A stretch of 64,000 bases of DNA from Eledone cirrhosa. Lineage: Eukaryota. The stretch covers positions 13,702,001 through 13,766,000 of the forward strand of contig OZ024740.1 in NCBI GenBank assembly GCA_964016885.1, read 5' to 3'. Positions 53,437 to 64,000 of the stretch are shown piece by piece. The number at the start of each line of letters is the position of its first letter. Within the stretch, counting starts at the first letter, position 1. A program made the translations under genes and the position numbers. The notes beneath the pieces were generated by a model. That model saw only the letters and a list, made by a program, of their open reading frames with translations, searched no databases and had not been told where the DNA came from.

Positions 53437-53708
53437 CGTGTGTGTCTGTCTGTGTGTGTGTATGTGTCACTGTGTGGTCGTGTGTCTCTGTCTGTGTGTG
53501 TGTGACACTGTGTGGTCGTGTGTGTCTGTCTGTGTGTGTGTCACTGTGTGGCCGTGTGTGTCCTTGTGTGTGTGTGTGTGACTGTGTGGCCGTGTGTCTG
53601 TCTGTGTGTGTGTCACTGTGTGGCCGTGTGTGTCTGTGTGTGTGTGTCACTGTGTGGCCGTGTGTGTCTGTGTGTGTGTGTGTGTGTCACTGTGTGGCCG
53701 TGTGTGTC

Positions 53709-53750
<42 letters not shown>

Positions 53751-54293
53751 CGTGTGTGTCTATCTGTGTGTGTGTCACTGTGTGGCCGTGTGTGTCTGTC
53801 TGTGTGTGTGTGTGTATCACTGTGTGGCCGTGTGTGTCTGTCTGTGTGTGTGTGTGTCACTGTGTGGCCGTGTGTGTCTGTCTGCGTGTGTGTGTCACAG
53901 TGTGGCCGTGTGTGTCTCTGTGTGTGTGTGTGTATGTGTCACTGTGTGGCCGTGTGTGTCTGTCTGTGTGTGTGTGTGTGTCACTGTGTGGCCGTGTGTG
54001 TCTGTCTGTGTGTGTGTGTGTGTCACTGTGTGGCCGTGTGTGTCTGTCTGTGTGTGTGTGTATGTGTCACTGTGTGGCCGTGTGTGTCTGTCTGTGTGTG
54101 TGTGTCACTGTGTGGCCGTGTGTGTCTCTGTGTGTGTGTGTGTATGTGTCACTGTGTGGCCGTGTGTGTCTGTCTGTGTGTGTGTGTGTGTCACTGTGTG
54201 GCCGTGTGTGTCTGTCTGTCTGTGTGTGTGTGTGTGTCACTGTGTGGCCGAGGTGTGTCTGTCTGTGTGTGTGTGTCACTGTGTGGCCGTGTC

Positions 54294-54332
<39 letters not shown>

Positions 54333-55925
54333 CACTGTGTGGCCGTGTGTGTCTGTGTGTGTGTGTGTGTCACTGTGTGGCCGTGTCTGTCTGTGTGTGT
54401 GTGTGTGACAATGTGTAGCCGTGTGTGTCTGTCTGTGTGTGTGTGTGTGTCACAGTGTGGCCGTGTCTGTCTGTCTGTGTGTGTGTGTGTGACACTGTGT
54501 GGCCGTGTGTGTCTGTCTGTGTGTGTGTGTGTGTCACAGTGTGGCCGTGTCTGTCTGTCTGTGTGTGTGTGTGTGACACTGTGTGGCCGTGTGTGTCTGT
54601 CTGTGTGTGTGTGTGTCACAGTGTGGCCGTGTGTGTCTGTCTGTGTGTGTGTGTGTGTCACTGTGTGGCCGTGTGTGTCAATCTGTGTGTGTGTGTCACT
54701 GTGTGGCCGTGTGTGTCTGTCTGTGTGTGTGTATGTGTCACTGTGTGGCCGTGTGTGTCTGTCTGTGTGTGTGTGTCACAGTGTGGCCGTGTCTGTCTGT
54801 CTGTGTGTGTGTGTGTCACTGTGTGGCCGTGTGTGTCTATCTGTGTGTGTGTGTCACTGTGTGGCCGGGTCTGTCTGTCTGTGTGTGTGTGTCACTGTGT
54901 GGCCGTGTGTGTCTGTCTGTGTGTGTGTATCTGTCACTGTGTGGTCGTGTGTGTCTGTCTGTGTCTGTGTGACACTGTGTGGCCGTGTGTGTCTGTGTGT
55001 GTGTGTGTCACTGTGTGGCCGTGTGTGTCTGTCTGTGTGTGTGTGTCACTGTGTGGCCGTGTGTGTCTGTCTGTGTGTGTGTGTGTGTCACTGTGTGGCC
55101 GTGTGTGTCTGTCTGTGTGTGTGTGTCACAGTGTGGCCGTGTGTGTCTGTCTGTGTGTGTGTGTCACAGTGTGGCCGTGTCTGTCTGTCTGTGTGTGTGT
55201 GTGTGTCACTGTGTGGTCGTGTGTGTCTGTCTGTGTGTGTGTCACTGTGTGGCCGTGTGTGTCTGTCTGTGTGTGTGTGTGTGTCACTGTGTGGCCGTGT
55301 GTGTCTGTCTCTGTGTGTGTGTGTAAGTCACAGTGTGGCCGTGTGTGTCTGTCTGTCTGTGTGTGTGTGTCACAGTGTGGGCGTGTCTGTCTGTATGTGT
55401 GTGTGTGTCACTGTGTGGCCGTGTGTGTCTGTCTGTGTGTGTGTGTATGTGTCACTGTGTGGCCGTGTGTGTCTGTCTGTGTGTGTGTGTGTGTCACAGT
55501 GTGGCCGTGTCTGTCTGTCTGTGTGTGTGTGTGTCACTGTGTGGCCGTGTGTGTCTGTGTGTGTGTGTCACAGTGTGGCCGTGTCTGTCTGTCTGTGTGC
55601 ATGTGTCACTGTGTGGCCCTGTGTGTCTGTCTGTGTGTGTGTGTGTGATACTGTGTGGCCGTGTCTGTCTGTCTGTGTGTGTGTGTGTGTCACAGTGTGG
55701 CCGTGTCTGTCTGTCTGTGTGTGTGGGTGTGTCACTGTGTGGCCGTGTGTGTCTGTGTGTGTGTATGTGTCACTGTGTGGCCGTGTGTGTCTGTCTGTGT
55801 GTGTGTGTATGTGTCACTGTGTGGCCGTGTGTGTCTGTCTGTGTGTGTGTGTGTGTGTCACTGTGTTGCCGTGTGTGTCTGTCTGTGTGTGTGTGTGTGT
55901 CACTGTGTGGCCGTGTGTGTCTGTC

Positions 55926-55957
<32 letters not shown>

Positions 55958-56058
55958 CGTGTGTGTCTGTCTGTGTGTGTGTGTGTGTGTCACTGTGTGG
56001 CCGTGTGTGTCTGTCTGTGTGTGTGTGTGACACTGTGTGGCCGTGTGTGTCTGTCTGT

Positions 56059-56091
<33 letters not shown>

Positions 56092-59000
56092 CGTGTGTGT
56101 CACTGTGTGGCCGTGTGTGTCTATCTGTGTGTGTGTGTCACTGTGTGGCCGTGTGTGTCTGTCTGTGTGTGTGTGTGTATCACTGTGTGGCCGTGTGTGT
56201 CTGTCTGTGTGTGTGTGTGTGTCACTGTGTGGCCGTGTGTGTCTGTCTGCGTGTGTGTGTCACAGTGTGGCCGTGTGTGTCTCTGTGTGTGTGTGTGTAT
56301 GTGTCACTGTGTGGCCGTGTGTGTCTGTCTGTGTGTGTGTGTGTGTCACTGTGTGGCCGTGTGTGTCTGTCTGTGTGTGTGTGTGTGTCACTGTGTGGCC
56401 GTGTGTGTCTGTGTGTGTGTATGTGTCACTGTGTGGCCGTGTGTGTCTGTCTGTGTGTGTGTGTATGTGTCACTGTGTGGCCGTGTGTGTCTGTCTGTGT
56501 GTGTGTGACACTGTGTGGCCGTGTGTGTCTGTTTGTGTGTGTGTGTGTGTCACAGTGTGGCCGTGTGTGTCTGTCTGTGTGTGTGTGTGTGTCACTGTGT
56601 GGCCGTGTGTGTCTGTCTGTGTGTGTGTGTATGTGTCACTGTGTGGCCGTGTGTGTCTGTCTGTGTGTGTGTCAATGTGTGGCCGTGTGTGTCTGTCTGT
56701 GTGTGTGTGTGTGTCACTGTGTGGCCGTGTGTGTCTGTCTGTGTGTGTGTGTCTGTCACTGTGTGGCTGTGTGTGTCTATCTGTGTGTGTGTGTCACTGT
56801 GTGGCCCCGTCTGTCTGTGTGTGTGTGTGTGTGTCACTGTGTGGCCGTGTGTGTCTATCTGTGTGTGTGTATGTGTCACTGTGTGGCCGTGTGTGTCTGT
56901 CTGTGTGTGTGTGTGTGTCACAGTGTGGCCGTGTCTGTCTGTCTATCTGTGTGTGTGTGTCACTGTGTGGTCGTGTGTGTCTTTCTGTGTGTGTGTGTGT
57001 CTGTGTCACAGTGTGGACGTTTCTGTCTGTCTGTGTGTGTGTGTGTGACACTGTGTAGCCGTGTGTGTCTGTCTGTGTGTGTGTGTGTGTCACTGTGTGG
57101 CCGTGTGTGTCTGTCTGTGTGTGTGTGTGTGTCACTGTGTGGCCGTATGTGTCTGTCTGCGTGTGTGGGTCACAGTGTGGCCGTGTCTGTCTGTCTGTGT
57201 GTGTGTGTGTGTCACTGTGTGGCCGTGTGTGTCTGTCTGTGTGTGTGTGACACTGTGTGGCCGTGTGTGTCTGTCTGTGTGTGTGTTTGTGTCACAGTGT
57301 GGCCGTGTCTGTCTGTCTTTATGTGTGTGTGTCACAGTGTGGCCGTGTGTGTCTGTCTGTCTGTGTGTGTGTGTGTCACTGTGTGGCCGTGTGTGTCTAT
57401 CTGTGTGTGTGTGTCACTGTGTGGACGTGTGTGTCTGTCTGTGTGTGTGTATGTGTCACTGTGTGGCCGTGTGTGTCTGTGTGTGTGTGTGTGTCACTGT
57501 GTGGCCGTGTCTGTCTGTCTGTGTGTGTGTGTGTGACACTGTGTAGCCGTGTGTGTCTGTCTGTGTGTGTGTGTGTGTGTGTCACAGTGTGGACGTGTCT
57601 GTCTGTCTGTGTGTGTGTGTGTGACACTGTGTGGCCGTGTGTGTCTGTCTGTGTGTGTGTGTGTGTGTGTCACAGTGTGGCCGTGTCTGTCTCTGTGTGT
57701 GTGTGTGACACTGTGTGGCTGTGTGTGTCTGTCTGTGTGTGTGTGTCACAGTGTGGCCGTGTCTGTCTGTCTGTGTGTGTGTGTGTCACTGTGTGGCCGT
57801 GTGTGTCTATCTGTGTGTGTGTGTGTCACTGTGTGGCCGTGTGTGTCTGTCTGTGTGTGTGTGTGTGTCACAGTGTGGCCGTGTCTGTCTGTCTTTGTGT
57901 GTGTCACTGTGTGGCCGTGCGTGTCTATCTGTGTGTGTGTGTCACTGTGTGGCCGTGTCTGTCTGTGTGTGTGTGTGTCACAGTGTGGCCGTGTCTGTCT
58001 GTCTGTGTGTGTGTATGTGACATTGTGTGGCCGTGTGTGTCTGTGTGTGTGTGTGTGTCACTGTGTGGCCGTGTCTGTCTGTCTGCGTGTGTGTGGCACT
58101 GTGTGGCCGTGTGTGTCTGTGTGTGTGTGTGTGTGTGTGTCTGTGTGTGTGTGTCACTGCGTGGCCGTGTGTGTCTGTGTGTGTGTGTGTGTGTCACTGT
58201 GTGGCCGTGTGTGTCTGTCTGTGTGTGTGTGTCACTGTGTGGCCGTGTGTGTCTGTCTGTCTGTGTGTGTGTGTGACTGTGTGGCCGTGTGTGTCTGTCT
58301 GTCTGTGTGTGTGTGTGACTGTGTGGCCGTGTGTGTCTGTCTGTCTGTGTGTGTGTGTCACTGTGTGGTCGTGTGTGTCCTGTCTGTGTGTGTGTGTGTT
58401 TCACTGTGTGGCCGTGTGTGTCTGTCTGTGTGTGTGTGTCACTGTATGGCCGTGTGTGTCTGTCTGTCTGTGTGTGACTGTGTGGCCGTGTGTGTCTGTC
58501 TGTGTGTTTGTGTGTGTCACAGTGTGGCCGTGTGTGTCTGTCTGTGTGTGTGTGTCACTGTGTGGCCGTGTGTGTCTGTCTGTCTGTGTGTGTGTGTGTC
58601 ACAGTGTGGCCGTGTGTGTCTGTCTGTGTGTGTGTGTCACAGTGTGGCCGTGTCTGTCTGTCTGTGTGTGTGTGACACTGTGTGGCCGTGTCTGTCTGTC
58701 TGTGTGTGTGTGACACTGTGTAGCCGTGTGTGTCTGTCTGTGTGTGTGTGTGTGTCACAGTGTGGCCGTGTCTGTCTGTCTGTGTGTGTGTGACACTGTG
58801 TGGCCGTGTGTGTCTGTCTGTGTGTGTGTGTGTGTCACAGTGTGGCCGTGTCTGTCTGTCTGTGTGTGTGTGTGTGACACTGTGTGGCCGTGTGTCTGTC
58901 TGTGTGTGTGTGTGTCACTGTGTGGCCGTGTGTGTCTATCTGTGTGTGTGTGTCAGTGTGTGGCCGTGTGTGTCTGTCTGTGTGTGTGTATGTGTCACTG

Positions 59001-59562
59001 TGTGGCCGTGTGTGTCTGTCTGTGTGTGTGTGTGTGTGTGTCACAGTGTGGCCGTGTGTGTCTGTCTGTGTGTGTGTGTGTGTCACTGTGTGGCCGTGTG
59101 AGTCTGTCTGTGTGTGTGTATGTGTCACTGTGGCCGTGTGTGTCTGTGTGTGTGTGTGTGTCACTGTGTGGCCGTGTGTATCTATCTGTGTGTATGTGTC
59201 ACTGTGTGGCCGTGTCTGTCTGTGTGTGTGTGTGTGTCACAGTGTGGCCGTGTCTGCCTGTCTGTGTGTGTGTGTGTGTCACTGTGTGGCCGTGTGTGTC
59301 TGTCTGTGTGTGTGCGTGTGTCACTGTGTGGCCGTGTGTGCCTGTCTGTGTGTGTGTCTGTGTCACAGTGTGGCCGTGTCTGTCTGTCTGTGTGTGTGTG
59401 TGTGTGTCACTGTGTGGCCGTGTGTGTCTGTCTGTGTGTGTGTGTGTGTCACTGTGTGGCCGTGTGTGTCTGTCTGTGTGTGTGTGTGTGTCACTGTGTG
59501 GCCGTGTGTGTCTGTCTGTGTGTGTGTGTGTATGTGTCACTGTGTGGCCGTGTGTGTCTGTC

Positions 59563-59594
<32 letters not shown>

Positions 59595-60637
59595 CGTGTG
59601 TGTCTGTCTGTGTGTGTGTGTGACACTGTGTGGCCGTGTGTGTCTGTCTGTGTGTGTGTGTGTGTTTGTCACTGTGTGGCCGTGTGTGTCTGTCTGTGTG
59701 TGTGTATGTGTCACTGTGGCCGTGTGTGTCTGTGTGTGTGTGTGTGACACTGTGTGGCCGTGTGTGTCTGTCTGTGTGTGTGTATGTGTCACCGTGGCCG
59801 TGTGTGTCTGTGTGTGTGTGTGTGACACTGTGTAGCCGTGTTTGTCTGTCTGTGTGTGTGTGTGTGACACTGTGTGGCCGTGTGCGTCTGTCTGTGTGTG
59901 TGTGTGTGTCACAGTGTGGCCGTGTCTGTCTGTCTGTGTGTGTGTATGTGTCACTGTGTGGCCGTGTGTGTCTGTGTGTGTGTGTGTGTCACTGTGTGGC
60001 CGTGTGTGTCTGTCTGTGTGTGTGTGTGTGTCACTGTGTGGCCGTGTGAGTCTGTCTGTGTGTGTGTATGTGTCACTGTGGCCGTGTGTGTCTGTGTGTG
60101 TGTGTGTGACACTGTGTGGCCGTGTGTGTCTGTCTGTGTGTGTGTGTGTGTCACTGTGTGGCCGTGTGTATCTATCTGTGTGTGTGTGTCACTGTGTGGC
60201 CGTGTCTGTCTGTGTGTGTGTGTGTGTCACAGTGTGGCCGTGTCTGTCTGTCTGTGTGTGTGTGTGTGTCACTGTGTGGCCATGTGTGTCTGTCTGTGTG
60301 TGTGTGTGTGTCACTGTGTGGCCGTGTGTGTCTGTCTGTGTGTGTGTCTGTGTCACAGTGTGGCCGTGTCTGTCTGTCTGTGTGTGTCTGTGTGTCACTG
60401 TGTGGCCGTGTGTGTCTGTCTGTGTGTGTGTGTGTGTCACTGTGTTGCCGTGTGTGTCTGTCTGTGTGTGTGTGTGTGTCACTGTGTGGCCGTGTGTGTC
60501 TGTCTGTGTGTGTGTGTGTGTGTGACACTGTGTGGCCGTGTGTGTCTGTCTGTGTGTGTGTGTGTGTGTCACTGTGTGGCCGTGTGTGTCTGTCTGTGTG
60601 TGTGTGTGACACTGTGTGGCCGTGTGTGTCTGTCTGT

Positions 60638-60670
<33 letters not shown>

Positions 60671-60826
60671 CGTGTGTGTCACTGTGTGGCCGTGTGTGTC
60701 TGTCTGTGTGTGTGTGTGTGTCACTGTATGGCCGTGTGTGTCCGTCTGTGTGTGTGTCTGTGTCACTGTGTGGCCGTGTGTGTCTGTCTGTCTGTGTGTA
60801 TGTGTCACTGTGTGGACGTGTGTGTC

Positions 60827-60858
<32 letters not shown>

Positions 60859-60961
60859 CGTGTGTGTCTGTCTGTGTGTGTGTGTATGTGACACTGTGTG
60901 GCCGTGTGTGTCTGTCTGTGTGTGTGTGTGTGTCACAGTGTGGCCGTGTCTGTCTGTCTGT

Positions 60962-60994
<33 letters not shown>

Positions 60995-62363
60995 CGTGTC
61001 TGTCTGTCTGTGTGTGTGTGTGTGTCACTGTGTGGCCGTGTGTGTCTGTCTGTCTGTGTGTATGTGTCACTGTGTGGCCGTGTGTGTCTGTGTGTGTGTG
61101 TGTGTCACTGTGTGGCCGTGTGTGTCTGCCTGTGTGTGTGTGTGTGTCACTGTGTGGCCGTGTCTGTCTGTCTGTGTGTGTGTGTTTGTCACTGTGTGGT
61201 CGTGTCTGTCTGTGTGTGTGTGTGTGTCACAGTGTGGCCGTGTCTGTCTGTCTATCTGTGTGTGTGTGTCACTGTGTGGCCGTGTGTGTCTGCCTGTGTG
61301 CATGTGTCACAGTGTGGCCGTGTCTGTCTGTCTGTGTGTGTGTGTGTGACACTGTGTGGCCGTGTCTGTCTGTCTGTGTGTGTGTGACACTGTGTAGCCG
61401 TGTGTGTCTGTCTGTGTGTGTGTGTGTGTCACAGTGTGGCCGTGTCTGTCTGTCTGTGTGTGTGTGTGTGACACTGTGTGGCCGTGTGTGTCTGTCTGTG
61501 TGTGTGTGTGTGTCACAGTGTGGCCGTGTCTGTCTGTCTGTGTGTGTGTGTGTGACACTGTGTGGCCGTGTGTCTGTCTGTGTGTGTGTGTGTCACTGTG
61601 TGGCCGTGTGTGTCTATCTGTGTGTGTGTGTCAGTGTGTGGCCGTGTGTGTCTGTCTGTGTGTGTGTATGTGTCACTGTGTGGCCGTGTGTGTCTGTCTG
61701 TGTGTGTGTGTGTGTCACAGTGTGGCCGTGTGTGTCTGTCTGTGTGTGTGTGTGTGTCACTGTGTGGCCGTGTGAATCTGTCTGTGTGTGTGTATGTGTC
61801 ACTGTGGCCGTGTGTGTCTGTGTGTGTGTGTGTGACACTGTGTGGCCGTGTGTGTCTGTCTGTGTGTGTGTGTGTGTCACTGTGTGGCCGTGTGTATCTA
61901 TCTGTGTGTATGTGTCACTGTGTGGCCGTGTCTGTCTGTGTGTGTGTGTGTGTCACAGTGTGGCCGTGTCTGCCTGTCTGTGTGTGTGTGTGTGTCACTG
62001 TGTGGCCGTGTGTGTCTGTCTGTGTGTGTGTGTGTGTCACTGTGTGGCCGTGTGTGCCTGTCTGTGTGTGTGTCTGTGTCACAGTGTGGCCGTGTCTGTC
62101 TGTCTGTGTGTGTGTGTGTGTCACTGTGTGGCCGTGTGTGTCTGTCTGTGTGTGTGTGTGTGTCACTGTGTGGCCGTGTGTGTCTGTCTGTGTGTGTGTG
62201 TGTGTCACTGTGTGGCCGTGTGTGTCTGTCTGTGTGTGTGTGTGTGTGTGACACTGTGTGGCCGTGTGTGTCTGTCTGTGTGTGTGTGTGTGTGTCACTG
62301 CGTGGCCGTGTGTGTCTGTCTGTGTGTGTGTGTGACACTGTGTGGCCGTGTGTGTCTGTCTGT

Positions 62364-62396
<33 letters not shown>

Positions 62397-62575
62397 CGTG
62401 TGTGTCACTGTGTGGCCGTGTGTGTCACTGTGTGGCCGTGTGTGTCTGTCTGTGTGTGTGTGTGTGTCACTGTATGGCCGTGTGTGTCCCTCTGTGTGTG
62501 TGTCTGTGTCACTGTGTGGCCGTGTGTGTCTGTCTGTCTGTGTGTATGTGTCACTGTGTGGACGTGTGTGTCTGT

Positions 62576-62608
<33 letters not shown>

Positions 62609-62708
62609 CGTGTGTGTCTGTCTGTGTGTGTGTGTATGTGAGACTGTGTGGCCGTGTGTGTCTGTCTGTGTGTGTGTGTGTGTCACAGTGTGGCCGTGTC
62701 TGTCTGTC

Positions 62709-62740
<32 letters not shown>

Positions 62741-64000
62741 CGTGTCTGTCTGTCTGTGTGTGTGTGTGTGTCACTGTGTGGCCGTGTGTGTCTGTCTGTC
62801 TGTGTGTATGTGTCACTGTGTGGCCGTGTGTGTCTGTGTGTGTGTGTGTGTCACTGTGTGGCCGTGTGTGTCTGCCTGTGTGTGTGTGTGTGTCACTGTG
62901 TGGCCGTGTCTGTCTGTCTGTGTGTGTGTGTTTGTCACTGTGTGGTCGTGTCTGTCTGTGTGTGTGTGTGTGTCACAGTGTGGCCGTGTCTGTCTGTCTA
63001 TCTGTGTGTGTGTGTCACTGTGTGGCCGTGTGTGTCTGCCTGTGTGTGTGTGTCACAGTGTGGCCGTGTCTGTCTGTCTGTGTGTGTGTGTGTGACACTG
63101 TGTGGCCGTGTCTGTCTGTCTGTGTGTGTGTGACACTGTGTAGCCGTGTGTGTCTGTCTGTGTGTGTGTGTCACTGTATGGCCGTGTGTGTCTGTCTGTC
63201 TGTGTGTGTGTGTGACTGTGTGGCCGTGTGTGTCTGTCTGTGTGTGTGTGTGTGTCACAGTGTGGCCGTGTGTGTCTGTCTGTCTGTGTGTGTGTGTGAC
63301 TGTGTGGCCGTGTGTGTCTGTCTGTGTGTGTGTGTGTGTCACAGTGTGGCCGTGTCTGTCTGTCTGTGTGTGTGTGTCACTGTGTGGCCGTGTGTGTCTG
63401 TGTGTGTGTGTGTGTCACTGTGTGGCCGTGTGTGTCTGTCTGTGTGTGTGTGTGTATGTCACAGTGTGGCCGTGTGTGTCTGTGTGTGTGACACTGTGTG
63501 GCCGTGTGTGTCTGTCTGTGTGTGTGTGTGTGACACTGTGTGGCCGTGTGTGTCTGTCTGTGTGTGTGTGTGTGTGTCACTGTGTGGCCGTGTGTGTCTG
63601 TCTGTGTGTGTGTATGTGTCACTGTGTGGCCGTGTGTGTCTGTGTGTGTGTGTGTGTCACTGTGTGGCCGTGTGTGTCTGTCTGTGTGTGTGTGTGTGTC
63701 ACTGTTTGGCCGTGTGAGTCTGTCTGTGTGTGTGTATGTGTCACTGTGGCCGTGTGTGTCTGTGTGTGTGTGTGTGACACTGTGTGGCCGTGTGTGTCTG
63801 TCTGTGTGTGTGTGTGTGTCACTGTGTGGCCGTGTGTGTCTGTCTGTCTGTGTGTGTGTGTGTGTCACTGTGTGACCGTGTCTGTCTGTCTGTGTGTGTG
63901 TGTGTGTCACTGTGTGGCCGTATGTGTCTGTCTGTCTGTTTGTATGTGTCACTGTGTGGCCGTGTGTGTCTGTGTGTGTGTGTGTGTGTGTGTCACTGTG
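52377..64000. repeat. GT-derived satellite: GTGGTTGT-type at 52.4-53.1 kb grading into a ~36-46 bp unit GTCACTGTGTGGCCGTGTGTGTCTGTCT(GT)n; runs off the right edge
   Basis: Direct inspection. Variant markers recur at kb-scale offsets. Confidence 0.97.

Noticed and set aside
52356-63952. Cys/Val-rich and His/Thr-rich ORFs
   Set aside because: Translations of GT/CA satellite, open in most frames.

Overview
Repeat-saturated eukaryotic DNA. The SINE, (TA)n and LINE make-up suggests an octopus or other cephalopod (inference only). No host gene can be called with confidence, and nearly all long ORFs in the track are microsatellite read-throughs. Recognisable elements: two L1/Tx1-type LINEs (one with a ~4.8 kb in-frame 12-bp repeat expansion in ORF1, one lacking its RT domain), two RLE-type (R4/Dong-like) LINE remnants in (TACA)n, a CR1/L2 3' fragment, RTE fragments, a GIY-YIG Penelope-like element with an inverted terminal duplication, many tRNA-type SINEs, a mariner MITE and Helitron remnants. 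From ~38.9 kb onward the window is mostly satellites (ACT/ACC-derived, a 23-bp unit with a palindrome, an 80-bp unit, CAA, and a GT-based minisatellite). The main unexpected signal lies between 7.6 and 38.4 kb. About 20 complete or partial type-I hammerhead ribozyme motifs, many with palindromic stem III, sit in small non-coding islands between (TA)n tracts. Many islands are fold-backs whose inversion point falls in or near the ribozyme, and two show partial-tandem or circularly permuted structure. This is consistent with a diverse set of (TA)n-primed, retrozyme-like non-autonomous Penelope derivatives. All structures were folded by eye and coordinates may be off by a few bases.
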